This document shows, one piece after another, positions 38,288 through 51,034 of a DNA stretch of 64,000 nucleotides. A program made the translations under genes and the position numbers. This DNA is from Klebsormidium nitens. Lineage: Eukaryota; Plantae; Klebsormidiophyceae. The notes beneath the pieces are model-generated. The model was given only the letters and a program-made list of their open reading frames with translations. It was not told the origin of the DNA and did not search any database. Position 1 is the stretch's first letter. Each line of letters begins with the position of its first letter. The stretch spans positions 71,660-135,659 of the forward strand of contig DF237100.1 in assembly GCA_000708835.1 (NCBI GenBank), read 5' to 3'.

Positions 38288-41200
38288 CTACCCACCCCAC
38301 GCCGCCTCCAGCTCGTCCTCGGAGCACTGCGCACGCAGCAGCTCTGCGATCTGCAGCAGGTCGTCTGCCACATGGCGCGCGCTGGGCCGCTGGCTGGGGT
38401 CCACGTGGCAGCAGCGCTCGACGAGCGCCACCAGGTTCCCCCCGTAGGCGTGCACTTCGTTCGGCCACGCGAACCAGAAGCCCATGGCCATGTACGCGAG
38501 CAGCGCCTGAAGAAAGAAACGGGCGAAAGATGGTAAGAGATGGAAGGGACATCGACTGAGCGGAACACTGCCTTTGGCTCGGAAATGTGGTCGTCCGACG
38601 AGGACGTCAAGGACGATTCAACCGAGAGTTCCAACCAGTCAAGAGTCGGGGGGGTGCAAATTATTGTTAACATGGAACAAGCGTATACCAACGTGCACTG
38701 ATATTGGCTCGAGAAGTTCGATTATGTGGATGGGTGTTCTGATAAGAATCACGGAAACTGCAGTCAAACCTTCTCACCAGACCAGAAAGGCTTCGGACAT
38801 AAGTCTCTCACCCGAGTATCGTGGAAGCCGTAGTGTGGCCGGCTGCCTGTGACGAGGGCCCAGAGCACCACTCCCAGGGCGTACACGTCGCTCTCCTTCG
38901 TTTGGTAACCGTGGAGGTACACCTCGGGGGAGAGGTACCCCAGGGTGCCGCCCTGCAGAAAACCAGGGTTAACGAGAAGTTAAGACACACTTCAAGTGTG
39001 ATTGAAACAGGCTTTCAGAGAAGGAGAAGAGGCATAGGCAGCGGACGCACAAGGCTTGGGCAAAGCTCAAGCAGGCCGTTTGGCTGTTCGAGCAGATTCG
39101 GAAAGGTCCCTCCGTGACGTCACAGGTACATCTCTAACTTATGATCGAAATTTAACATCCCAAGGCAGACCCTTCCAGGTAACGAAATTTGAACCGAACC
39201 GGAGACTCTCCGAGATTGCGCTCAGAACCTGGAAAGAAGTCGAGTCTCCATCGCATCGGAAGATCAGTTGTGGGTTTAAAAGCAGAAAAAGCTACAAACG
39301 GAAAAGCAAGAGCCTTACCGCCCCCTTGGCAGCAGCCTCGGTCTCGCGCACGGCAATCCCGAAGTCCGCCAGCACCGCGCGGCGCAGGTCAAAGAGGATG
39401 TTCTCGACCTTGAGATCGATGCAGGAGAGGCGGTAGAGGTAGATCAGAGTCAACGACAAGTGCATTTCACGTGGATTGTAAGAGGAGACCAGCTTCATGA
39501 ACAGCAGTCGCAAGTCAGCGCAGATTCAACTTTACAGATGCTCGCCAAATTACACTTTTTTGAAGCGTGATCTGTTTCTGCAATCATTCAGCGTATTATC
39601 ATACTCTGCAAATTCCACCAACGTCAGCAATGCCGTTCCATCAGCCGCTACAGCTTTCCCTGCCGAGCCAACTTCAGACCTATAGCCCAAAAAAGCATTT
39701 GCACTTCAGTCTCTGCTAACATCCGACCAAAGCCTTGCACCACTCTCTACAGCACGATCACCGGATCAAGAGTTTTCTCAAAACCCTCACCCGTGCAGCC
39801 ATCCAAGATTGTGCATCCCCTCCAGCCCCAGCGCAACCTGGTAGACCATCACGGCGATGTGGTACAGCTGGGGGGGGGTCCACTGCGCGCCGGCCCCGGG
39901 CTGCGTCCAGGCGGGGGAGGGGTCCGCGAGCGCGTATAGCGGGATGAACGTGCCCCGCTGGACGGTGAAGCCCAGGAGGGGGATCACGTTGGGGCAGGCC
40001 TGGAGCTCCACGCAGACCAGGGCCTGGAGAGGAGAGTTGACGAGTCAGCGAGAGACTTGCTGAGGATGCCAAAAACTGAAACCTGAGAGTTGAAGGACCC
40101 TAGCCCGTCACATCTTTGAAGCAGGTGTAGAAGAGAACGTGATGAAGTAAAGGTAAGCTAAGGGCAAAATAAAGACTTCAGGAAGCCTCATGATTGCGTC
40201 CGACCGAGTCAATTTCGTTTTAAACCCTGACATTCCTAGAACCTAGAAGTAATGAATCTCGAGATCCTCAATCTCAGCGCCCGACCCTTCGTAAACAGCA
40301 ACAAGCAACGGGATTGCTGGCTTCCCCTCACCTCTTGCAGCAGGTAGTCCCCCGGAAGGCCTGCCGACGGTACCTTTGTTGCAACCGGGAAGCGCCCCCG
40401 GTCCGTGCTAAGAACGTCCGCCAGGTATACGGTACCCTGCCCGCCCTGCACGTAAGCCAGAGAAACCATCAGCTGCCTTCGTGTCTGCAGATCGCAAGAA
40501 AATGAACCTCTAGAACCCTCCGAATGATTGTTCACTGCCAAAAACATCTCCGTCATGCCTTTTCCAGAGATTCAGGGTTTCCACCTTTTGCCTGCACTTC
40601 TTGAAAGCCGAAAGCCTACACAGCACCATCCTCTGTTTTGTATTTGGAGACTGGTGAAGAGCCTATCGAGGCAGACAGCCAAGAAAGATCATATTCAGAA
40701 GGAAAAGGATCTTCAAGTACCAGAAATTTCTTCCCCAGAACTCTGCAGAAGCGAAACAAGGGAAAGGCCGTGGTCAGAGCTGGAGCAGAGGAGTCTCCCG
40801 GCCTTCTTTTGAAACAGGACCTGCTTCTTAATTGTCGTGCTTTCAAGCTAAGATAAAATAGTGATTAGTCGAGCTTTGAAGGTCTCAGCAGAAAGAAACG
40901 TAGTGCTGGCTGCTCACCTTGCCCAGCTCAGTCCCCATCATTACGTGCGGAAAGAACTCGAGGACCCCAGCCAGGGATGCGTACTGCGGGGGGAAGCGCG
41001 AAGCAGTCCTGGCGGCCTGCACGCACAGTGGCAACCTCGATCAGGCTCTATGCACAGATATTCTCATCATAATAGTTGCACAGAGGCGAGTACACGTATA
41101 TTGCAAGCACACCAAGGTTCTAGAGTGCCAGTCCTCGTGCGACGTTGTTGAAGCTCAACACTCACCGATGATCTCAAGATGTCAGAATACGAAGGGGTTT

Positions 41201-43102
41201 GAGTTCTCAGGATTTTGAGCGAAGTCAGACTGTTTTTATGCCGAATGTTTTCATGCCGGATTCAATGGAGAATCAAGGGTAAAGGAGAGAGGTGGCGGAG
41301 AGCGCACCTCTACCGGATGCTGGTCCTGCGCGACGCTCTCCTCCCTCGGCCCCACCTCCTCCGCACCCGCTGTCTCCATCAGCACCCCCCTGGGCAGCAG
41401 CGCCTCTCCGCAAGACAGCGCCTCTGCCTCGGCCCCCGCTATCTCAGCCACAGCCCTCTCCTCCTCAGAGGCCGTAACCCCCTCGTCAGCAGCAGGGAGC
41501 GGGTCAAAGTCAAACAAGGGGTCGGAGAATAGGGTCCCGTCATCGCTAGGGAGGACGAACGCGTCTGCGCTGAATAGTCCTCCCTCTGCGGATGACGACC
41601 CGCCCCCGCCGCTGCCCCGCTGCTCCTTCTGGGGTTGCGTCGAGTGGGGGGCCGAAGCGGCGGGGGGGTCTGCGGCCGCCTCGGCGAGGGGCGCGGCAGA
41701 GGGTGCCTGTGGAGAGAATGGAATAAGTTGCAGCAACTATATACTGGAAGGGGCTGTAACATGATGTGAAAGGTAATCCTACGAGATTGTTACTTTGCCA
41801 AATGTGTTTGTTCAAGAGCGCATGATGCAGGACTCCCTCATAAGCACAGCTTTAAGAGGTTTCTACTGATATGATTGATCCAACTTCTGACCATCAAACA
41901 ACGGAAGGTGCACAGATTCCTAACTTCAGACCAAGGATGCCTTTCCCTGCGCAAGTGAAGCATGTTTGAGTTCCGCTTTGAATTCCTAAGCAAGTCAGCC
42001 ACCATCTCATCTGCACTCCTTGACTACGTTTCTTTACATATCATTTTCTGCTGTCTTTCCTGAAACAAACCAGTGCCGTACCTCGTGGTAGCCACCCTCT
42101 GCGCAGGAGGCGCCGGGAGACCGATCCTCATCCCCCTCCCGAGCGCCAGAGTCGTCTGCCTCCTCCCCAATGACAGTGGAGTCCGCCTCCGCCGCGCCGG
42201 TGCCCCGCTGCTCCGTCTGGTCGGGCGCAGAGGCAGCGGCGGGGGAGGCGTGAACCACGTCGAGGAGGGGCTCTGCAGAGGGCGCCTGCAATGGGGAGGT
42301 TGTTGCATTCAGAAAGCAGGCCAGATCTATGTAAGACCTCACTAAACACTCCCCTTAGAATGGTCAGAGGCGGGCCTCGCTGCTGGATTGAACATGGAGA
42401 AACCCGCTGAATCTCAACGATGCTGCAGCATTGTCCATGAATCTAAAAGCTACTGCATGCCCGGATTTGTTTCTTCAGACACCATCGAGGTGGGCAAAAG
42501 AGCACAAATGAACAAAGAGAGAGGTTCTTCAGATGCGGAAATCACTGACAAGCAGGACTGTAATATCAAGCCTGTTGAACAAAATGCACTTGACAACACA
42601 ACACAAAAACGTTAGTCTGGAAAGGGCGCAGTTGCGGGGAACAACCCTCTCTCTCATTACCCAGCTGCCGAATGCCAGAAGCTGAACAAATTTGTTCGAG
42701 GGTCATCACCTCATGGCAGTCACCCTCTGCGCAAACTGTCCGGGGAGACCCTGCCGCATCCTCCTCCTCTCGGACACCCTCAGTCACGACCACCAACCTC
42801 TCCTCCTCCTCCCTCCCCACCTCTCCCTCCTCCTCCCTCTCCACCTCTCCCTCCTCCTCCTCTCCCTCCACCAGCCCTGCCACCATCCTCCACTGCCCCT
42901 CCGCCTGGGCCTTCTCCTCTGCAGGGAGAAGCGCATCCAGGGCCTCACGGGCAACCCCTGCCAAGAGCTCCCCTCCAGGAACCTCGCTCAAGCTGGAGCT
43001 AAGGACTCCAGCAAAATCACGTGCTCCCTCACAAAAGGTGTGAGCGAAGTGCTCAAGGGGCAGCGCGATCGCCTGCTCAAACAGGCTGTAGAGAGACGCC
43101 AT
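38288..43102 (-). CDS. Protein kinase (TKL-like), paralog B, non-RD; possibly a splice-defective pseudogene. Exons 43102-42710, 42285-42082, 41706-41308, 41016-40918, 40445-40332, 40023-39791, 39418-39319, 38952-38812, 38506-38288
   Basis: LGK|GGQGTVY, VATK, LQE, WLHG|DLKVENIL, VLADFGI, GGTLGYLSPE, SDVYALG, ERCCHVDPSQRP. Kinase-domain intron positions are the same as in paralog A. The acceptor before the DLK exon reads AT, not AG. Confidence 0.85.
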
Positions 43103-44502
43103 GGTATGGCGCTCTCGAGTGCTGGCTAACAAAACGTGGGGGCAGGGGACTGACGGCGCGATCGTAAAGCAGGCACACGCTGGAAAGCTGGAAGCTAGGG
43201 CGCCTGAAAGCTGGGTTTCTCCAGAGAACTGAAGAATGAGAGATTCTCAGCTCAGATTCGTGCAAAATTTTAAATGCAGCTTGCCAGAGCTAGAAATCCC
43301 CGTCAGCTTTGCGCATCAGGATCATAGGTAGTATGCTTCAGTCTACAGATGACTTTGGCGCCATATTTTGCATGGGATCACGTGCTCGCTTGGGCAACCG
43401 GCGGCAGTGTACGGCAAGTCAAGAGAGCCAATGGCCGTCCAGATACCCGTCCTTCTCATCGGACGGCTGCTGAGAGAACCGTGCCTGACGTTTCTGTATG
43501 CAAGCACATACTTGACTTGAACGGCCAAGATTGACCCTGCTTATCGGACGGTCGAGACGACCTCGCTTCAGACCTCTTACTAGGACCTCGCACTCAAGCA
43601 AAGTTCAAGTATCGCATTGCGGAACATTGAAGATCAACTGCATAATGGGCTGCACCTGTATTGCACTTGCGTTACACTCACTCCCACGCCAATGGGAGCT
43701 TCGACTATTGTACGTTCGTCATCAAGAGATCGAAGCAGTCCTTGCGCCCAAGCCGGGCCTCTCGTAATGTTGCCAGCATCATATACAAGTCATTTTTGAT
43801 CGTCCTCGTTTGAATGATGAACAAGGAATTTAATTGGCTCATATCCAAGACGACCCGAGCCGCTAACGTTCATGGATGATAGCAGTGGTTGGCTGTTTGC
43901 GCCCGGTGAAATGACCGTCCGGGGCCTGCCACGACGACTATGCGCACATACATGTTGTGCAAATTATGTTCGATGATTGCAAACCAGCCACAAATATGCA
44001 AAACTCCACCGCTGCGACTTGATTTTTCTAGAAGATCGATCACATGCCAATCTGGCTTTTCAAGGCCACGCCTGCATTTTTGCAAGTGAGCGTAGAATCT
44101 GGGAAAATTGAAGAACGGTCTCGGCTATATATTGTTCTATTGTTCTGAGGAAGAAATGCCGTGCGGGTAGTCTCGACTTTCACCTCGTTTCGTTCAGACG
44201 ACACTCAAATGTCCTGCGTGAACGATGGCCACGTGATGACTGATGCGCTCACTGAAATATCAGTGGGCCCTCACTTGCAACGATTCACGAAAAGCTTGTA
44301 GCTTTGCGTAGATATTACTTGTCTGGCTTTGGTTGGATGAACGGAGCGTTTATGCTCAATACATGATATTGCGCCTACAGCTGCCATGTTCGCAAAACTC
44401 GGATACTGATCATCCACATTTATCATACTCACTTTCTTCCAGAATTGCAAGTGCATATTTTCTTATGACGGTTATGCACAATCTGGTCATATAACACTTG
44501 AG

Positions 44503-47500
44503 CTATCTACGGTGGGGGCTATGACGCGTCCCGGTTCCCGTTCCCCGGGGTGTACTGCGGCGGTAGGGCCCGTCTTCCAACGTGCACGGCGAACTGTCCC
44601 AAAGGGCGTCCGAATCGGCATACAAACCGTTGTACGCTGTTCGAGCGTCGTTCGCAACACCTTCGCCTGGCTCGTCTAGGAACCGGGTGAGAATAATGGT
44701 CATGTGAAGCTCTCCCTGCGGGTAAGCAACAAATTCGGATCTCAAAGTAGCAACTTGCTGGTTGTAAACAGGGCCGATACAACAGGACCGAAGTTGCACT
44801 GGCAATGGCCTAATGACAACCAAAATTTGGAAGCGCTTTCCCAGCGCGCGGTACGGAAGCAATCGTGGCGCCTCCAAATCTTTGTGTTACCCTTCCTTCG
44901 GTATCAGAAGTTATGTGCTTACCTAGCGCCGCCTCTTCTTCAGAATCTCAACGTACAGCCTTTTCAGCTGACCATTGGTTGTTTCGCCATTCATGATGCT
45001 AATCCGTGGAGTTTAGAGACGACAAACGTACCCGGAATTTCTCGTCGATGACCGTTCCGACGATGATGTCTGCAGCGGGGTGCACGTGACCCGCTACAAT
45101 CTCCGCAACAGTGGTCATCTGCACAGAGACACAGAGTAGGATCTTCATGGATCTTTCAAATAAAGATCAATCTTATCATTCTAATCGTTGTAGGTTGCAC
45201 TGCTAACGAGCATAACTTGAATCTTTGACGAAGCGCTAAGGAGCTGAATGTTCTTATCACCGCTGCGCTCTTGGGGAGATTCAGACGCAAAAGTCCGTCG
45301 AGCACAAGGGAACGCACAGAAATCACAATTTTTCGGCCAAAACGAGCGGCACAATTGGACATCTATCGTGATGTCCATTTCATTTTATATCAAAAGGCTT
45401 GCTTTGCTGGAAATATTCGCGCCCTTACCAGCAACTAAAGTCTGGCTTCTTTGTTACTTAGCCAAAACTTCGTCGGCTCTTGTGACGATCCCTCTGTCTC
45501 ATCGGGTTTAAATCTGCCAGGAAGTACACTTTTCTTCTCAGAGATTGAAACGATGAGAGCGCTTCACCTCTCGTAAGGTGAGGTCTCTCCCAGATGTCAG
45601 GTTGTAGATCACGCCCGTCGGCACGCCCTTGCCCTCCAGGCTCTGCAGCGGCGACCCGAGCGCGCGCGTCGCGGCGGCGCGCGCGCGGTCCGGGCCGGAG
45701 CCCTCGCCGATGCCCAGGATGACGTCACCCGCGTCCTTCATTATAGCCCTGACGTCAGCCAAATCCACGTTGACCAGGCCGCGCGTCTGTGGAAGCGGCG
45801 TCGAAAAGCCGTCAGGCAGAAGCGCGGAAACTGCTAAATGCAAACGGACTCTAGAATCGGCCGTCACCGGAACCGCTCGAGTAAGGTCTTTTAAACCACA
45901 ACAGGCAAACACTTCTCGTCCGCAGTTATCCGATCCTCGCCAAGCACTTTCAAGAAAGCCAGAAAAAAGTAGGCCGAACGTTTCACTTCGAAGAAGAAAG
46001 ACAACGTTTCAGAGGCGGGAATATATTAAGAATAGGTAGATTTAGAAGTCCGGCCGAGCTGGACCATAAGTAGGGGGATTCGGGTGTGCTCGACGCAGGC
46101 ACCGGGATGGGAATGCAATCCCTCGAAAAACCAGGGGCAGGGAAGGGCACTTCGCTGCCCAGGAGGAGCCCGGCGCGGAGAGGGGGGTGAGAGTAGGGGA
46201 CTGGAGAACCCCCCCGAGACAATACAACGCTTTGTTTAAATGGGCTGCTCTCAACTCAGGGAACATTCCAAACTGGCAACTGATGAGAATATTATGCCGC
46301 TTGCTTGAGCATTCTGAAGAGGAAAGGGTCCGTCACTTACCGTGATGATGTCAGAGATTCCCTGGAACCCCTGACGCAGCACCGCGTCGGCCATGCGGAA
46401 CGCCTCCTCGATAGGAGTCTGTGGACGGAAAATGGGTCGTCAAAACCAATCCTCGACTTGTACTGTGCTGCAATTTGTTCGTGTTCCTCAATTGGCAGAG
46501 AGTTAAGGGAACAATAGGAGATGCCCAAACCAACCATCTGGCTTGTCCTGCTTTGCGGAAAGAACGCCTCACTTGTACTCTTCTTAAGATCCTCCGGCCG
46601 TTGCATGGTACGTGCCATTAAACGAATTGAAATTGACACTTCCTTCTGAAAAGTATAAGGAAGTGACGGTGTCCGGCAAACCGGGCGCACAAACCTTGTC
46701 GGTGATAAGGTCTAGCAGTCGGTCGTTTGGCACCACCACCAGCGCATCCACGGCCGCGCGCAGCGCCTCAATACCAGTGCGCACCTGCCAGGGGGGTGGA
46801 GAAATACTAGTAAATCAGAAATTGTATCGTTCTTTCTCATCCAAAAGACAGGGGTGCCGGAAGCTTCGCGATCGGCAATAAACCCTCCTGCCGGTGTTCA
46901 ATCTGGTTACTGGTACCAGAAAAAGTATCTCGAAGTGAATACGAGTCCAAAGGCTGTGCATTACACCTTGTTTTGCCTCAGTCGCCCTTCCTGGTATGTT
47001 CAAAAAGGCGTATCCGCGTCCGCTTACGATACCTGGCCGCATTTCTGGGTCCGCTGAGCAGAAAGCGTAAAAAGCGTCAAAAACTTTGGTTCAACTGGTT
47101 TACCATAAAGGCGGCACCAGGGGTCCGGAAGCCCCAGAGAAAAGCCTTTTCGAGTCTCTAGATTAGGGCCAGCTTCCAATCGGGCTTGATATATGAAGTC
47201 TCTAAGATTTCGTAGCCAGAAGACAAGTCTGTTGTACGATCTTTGCATCATAATATTTTCTTCAATTCCTTGCATAAGTTCTCACTCTCAAAGAAAGGGT
47301 CAAGCGGCTACAACCCACGTCCAACTATTGAGAGGAAGAAAGAAGCCTCTCCATCAATCTCCTACAGTTTTCTAAATTCTTTAAGACAAAAGTCGTCGCT
47401 TTGTCTCTCAGAAACCTTTTCAAACACCCTGAACTCCGAATCTGCCACAAAGCAAATGTTCCACTTACAATTTTGGCGCGCTTGGCTCCTTCAAAAGCGA

Positions 47501-50500
47501 ACGGCTCCGTGACGGTGCCGATCGTCAAGGCCCCCGTTGCTTTTGCTAGTCTGCAGTGGCAGCGAGTAGATTAGGAACATGCAGTTTGGATGAGGTTTCA
47601 AGGTCCTCGTCCCCGCTCACATCAGCAGCCCTTGTACCTATGAGCATCTCATTTTTGGCTGTTTTTCATAACCACTCTACCAATCTTCGCCCCCAATATT
47701 CCTGATTGGCGCTACGATGTCTACGGATTTCAGATAGCGCTTCCCGCTATCGAAATCCCGACCATCCTCAGTGAATTCAGCTGTCTTGACCTTCCCGTAA
47801 GACTCATCCCCTCGGTACGTACTTGCCGACAATTGGTGCGATGCCGGTGCCGACCCCTCCACCCAGCCCGGCCGCGATGAAAACTAGATCGGCGCCCTTG
47901 ACTGCATCCTCCAGCTGCTTGTGGTGCTCCTCCGAAGCCAGCTCGGCCAGCCGGGTGTTGCCGCCGCTGCCTGCACTCATTAACTCGAGCAAACGCCGAG
48001 TTCCCAACAGTTGATACCGCAGAGGATTTTTCAATGTCTGGATTCTGGGCTGGGAATTGGGAGTTCCATAACGGTTCCTGAAACGCAAAATTCTCAGGCC
48101 GATATTAGATTACGCCTCATCAGTTGATAGTTTCGAAGACTATGTTTCGGTTCAAATATCATTTTTCCCGGCGAAGTTTTCAAGCGACTGCCCAATGAAC
48201 AAAGGCTTCTCACTTCGAAGCCAAGAACAGGTTGAGAAATATGAACAGCTGTCAGCGAGCTGGGATGTAACCTCCAGGCAATCAGGCCGCGTGAGGCAAA
48301 CGACGCAGTTTATTTCACGAAAACGTTTCCTGTCAAATCATCCGGGAACGTACGGGCAGATTGCCTCACCCCCGGGCAGAACAGTGTTTCTGCAAAGGAG
48401 CTGAAGCATTGGTGATCATCAGGCGTACCTTTTCCGTGCGTGATGGAGCGCCCGATCTGCATCTTGTGCTCCGCGTGCGACAGGCGCAGCTGCTGCGCGT
48501 CCGTGTTGATCGCCCAGAACGTGACGCCGCCCACGCCGTCTGCGGCATGCAGATGACGTCAGCGATGGTGTTCAGCGGCAAGGTCTTGACAGCAACGTAC
48601 AAAAGTAGGGGAGTATTGAGTGGTCTACGCTTCTTTTACCAGCCCGCCGGCGGTCAACTCTCAATATCAATCTTCGGTACATCTTAAAGCATTCACGTTC
48701 TTTCTGGGATACAGTAAAGTATACGAAGGCAGAGGAGTCCTGAAACGCCTCACTCCCTCTCTTGCAAAACAGTTTGATGGCCCTGCGAGGGCCCGCAACC
48801 ATCCGTTCCTCACCTTGAACCATCCTGTCGACAGCATTACAGCCCCCACCGCCGATCCCAATCACTTTGATAACCGCCCTCCCCGCAAGCGACTCTTCCC
48901 GCAACGCCTCCAGATCGCCGCGCGTCTCAAAACCCAAATTTTCAGACCCCTCCCTATGACTTCCGTCGACAGACCCGTTCTCTCCTCTAGAGACTTCGCT
49001 TCCGCTTGCGATGACTTCCTTTTCGTCGAAACTTTCCTCTAGCGCGGTTTCAATCCCTGCACCAGATTTCGGGACCCCTTCCGCTTTCTGGGGCGGCGCA
49101 TCCGGCTGCGGCAAGACGAGCGGGGCGAGGTGGAGCTGTGCAAGTAATGACGTTAGCAAGTGGAGAGCGCGCGCGTCGTGTTTCAGCGTCTCTGACGTCA
49201 GCGCGCTTTCTGTCGCGCGCGCACGCGCTTCGGCTGGCGCCGGTTGACGGATGGACGGCTGACCACTCGGATTCGCTCCCTTCTCCTCGCCCTCTCCTTT
49301 CATCTCTCTATGTGGCTCTTCTTTTCGAACTAGTCCGCCATCTATCTCTGCATTTGCTGTGGATCCGTTTTCTTCTTCCCGGCTGACTCTTTGAGGCGAC
49401 GCCGCACTCGCATTAGACTCTCTCTCAGTCGCCTCTACGAAGGCGTTATTCTCCGCTTCCCGGTCATCGTTACCCGTCCCAGCAGCCTCTATCCCTCCCT
49501 CCAAGTCGCTCTCAGGCAGAACCCCATCCGTTTGCGTTTCTGGTTCCAGATCAAGAACCCCCGTCTTCGACGCCTCATGTAACGCTGAGTCGTCTTTCGA
49601 ACTAGGCGTTACAGCCTCCCGCCAGGTTTGTCCCAGCTCCGAGCCGCTCAGCTGCGCGTGCAACGGCACGTGCCTGTTTCCCGTCGTTTCATCGTCTTCT
49701 CCCGCTTTTCTAGTTTCCTCGGTCGAACTTTGCGCTCCTTGGAAGAGCTCCATAACCTTCGGCGCGTTCAAAACCTTTGCCTGCGTTTGCATCTGATTCT
49801 CCTCACGCAACATTGTGACCTCCGGCTCTCTGGATCGCTCAGGCGCCTGCGTTTCTTCCGGACCAACCTCCTCGTTCTGTTCGGCCTTCACCCAATTCGA
49901 CCGTTCTTCAGACCAATTTCCGGTTCTTGAGTTGTTGAGCCCGGTTTTTAACGAATCTGCCCGCCCTGGTTCTGTAGGGTCAGTCTCGCTTGTTGACATC
50001 GGAGCAGAACTACACCGGGCGTCGCGATTCACCAGGGACACAGCCGAGTGGAGCACGACTGACGTCCCCGGGGCCTTGAACCGGGCAACCGTAAGCTCGC
50101 TCTTAGTTTGCATAATAAGAGCAGAAGCGCTCTTCGCCTCTCCACGCACCAGAGCCACCACACTTCTCTTTGTAGCAACCGGTAACAACAGTCCAACCTC
50201 TTGCTGCCGTCCCTCCGGCTTGCTCTGCTTTCCTTCTCCTGACTCTTCCACTGTTCTCGAGTTGGAAGGAGGCTTGACTGACTCTAAGCGGAGGGTTTTT
50301 CCTTTGACGTTTGATCCTGCCCCTCTTGTTGCGGAACTGGACGGGATCTGCAACCGGGCTTCCCTCAGGTTCTTCTTGTGCTTGACAGACGGGACAGCAG
50401 GGGCATGCGTCACCGAATCACGTCGCCCGACCCTTTCTTCATATCCCTTGGCACCCGGGTTCTTGCCTGGACCTTTCTCCTTTCTGATGTGCCTAATTTC

Positions 50501-51034
50501 AACTTTTCTAGCGTCTGATTCGACCTCCACCTTTTTCTTTTCAATGTGGTGTCCGCTTCCCGCTCCTGGTCCCTCTCTGCCTTTAAGACCGCTGCCACGC
50601 GCTGTCTCATCCTCATCTCTTCCTTCGCTGACACTTTTCCGTAGCTGCTCGTTCCGTTTCCTTTCTTTTGATTCCTCATCATCCTCATCTTGCCCTGTTA
50701 CTCCATTCGTTTCACCCCTCTGCTCACCATCCGTGCGCCTTTCTTCATGCTCCAACTCACCATTCTCTCCTTTCCGCCTGCCCTTGCTGAGCTCGCGGCG
50801 CCTTGCTACTTGCTTTCCACAGTCAAGGTGGCACCTGCCAAGGCCCCATGTCTTTGTTCTTCCATCTGCTACCGGGCATGCATTGCTGCCCTTTGGAAGG
50901 AGGTCAAAGCTCGTACGACTGCGCGGCGTATAGCATGTCTGAAGAGCGATTGAGCAGGACGAAAGCCTATTGGCTGAAGGATGACATCCCAAAGGCCCCT
51001 CCAGCTTTTGAAAGGCGCATGGGACTGCCGCCAT
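44503..51034 (-). CDS. FtsZ: Divergent plastid-type FtsZ (~1082 aa) with a very long N-terminal extension. Exons 51034-48814, 48539-48429, 47970-47823, 47550-47469, 46784-46695, 46418-46341, 45786-45568, 45118-45032, 44715-44503
   Basis: IKVIGIGGGGCNAVDRM, INTDAQQL, DLVFIAAGLGGGVGTGIAP, TIGTVTEPFAFEG, VVVPNDRLL, AFRMADAVLRQG, GLVNVDLADVR. The exons total 3249 nt and all phases match. Confidence 0.92.

Noticed and set aside
49815-50933. 372-aa plus-strand ORF
   Set aside because: Ser/Leu/Phe-rich antisense shadow of FtsZ exon 1.
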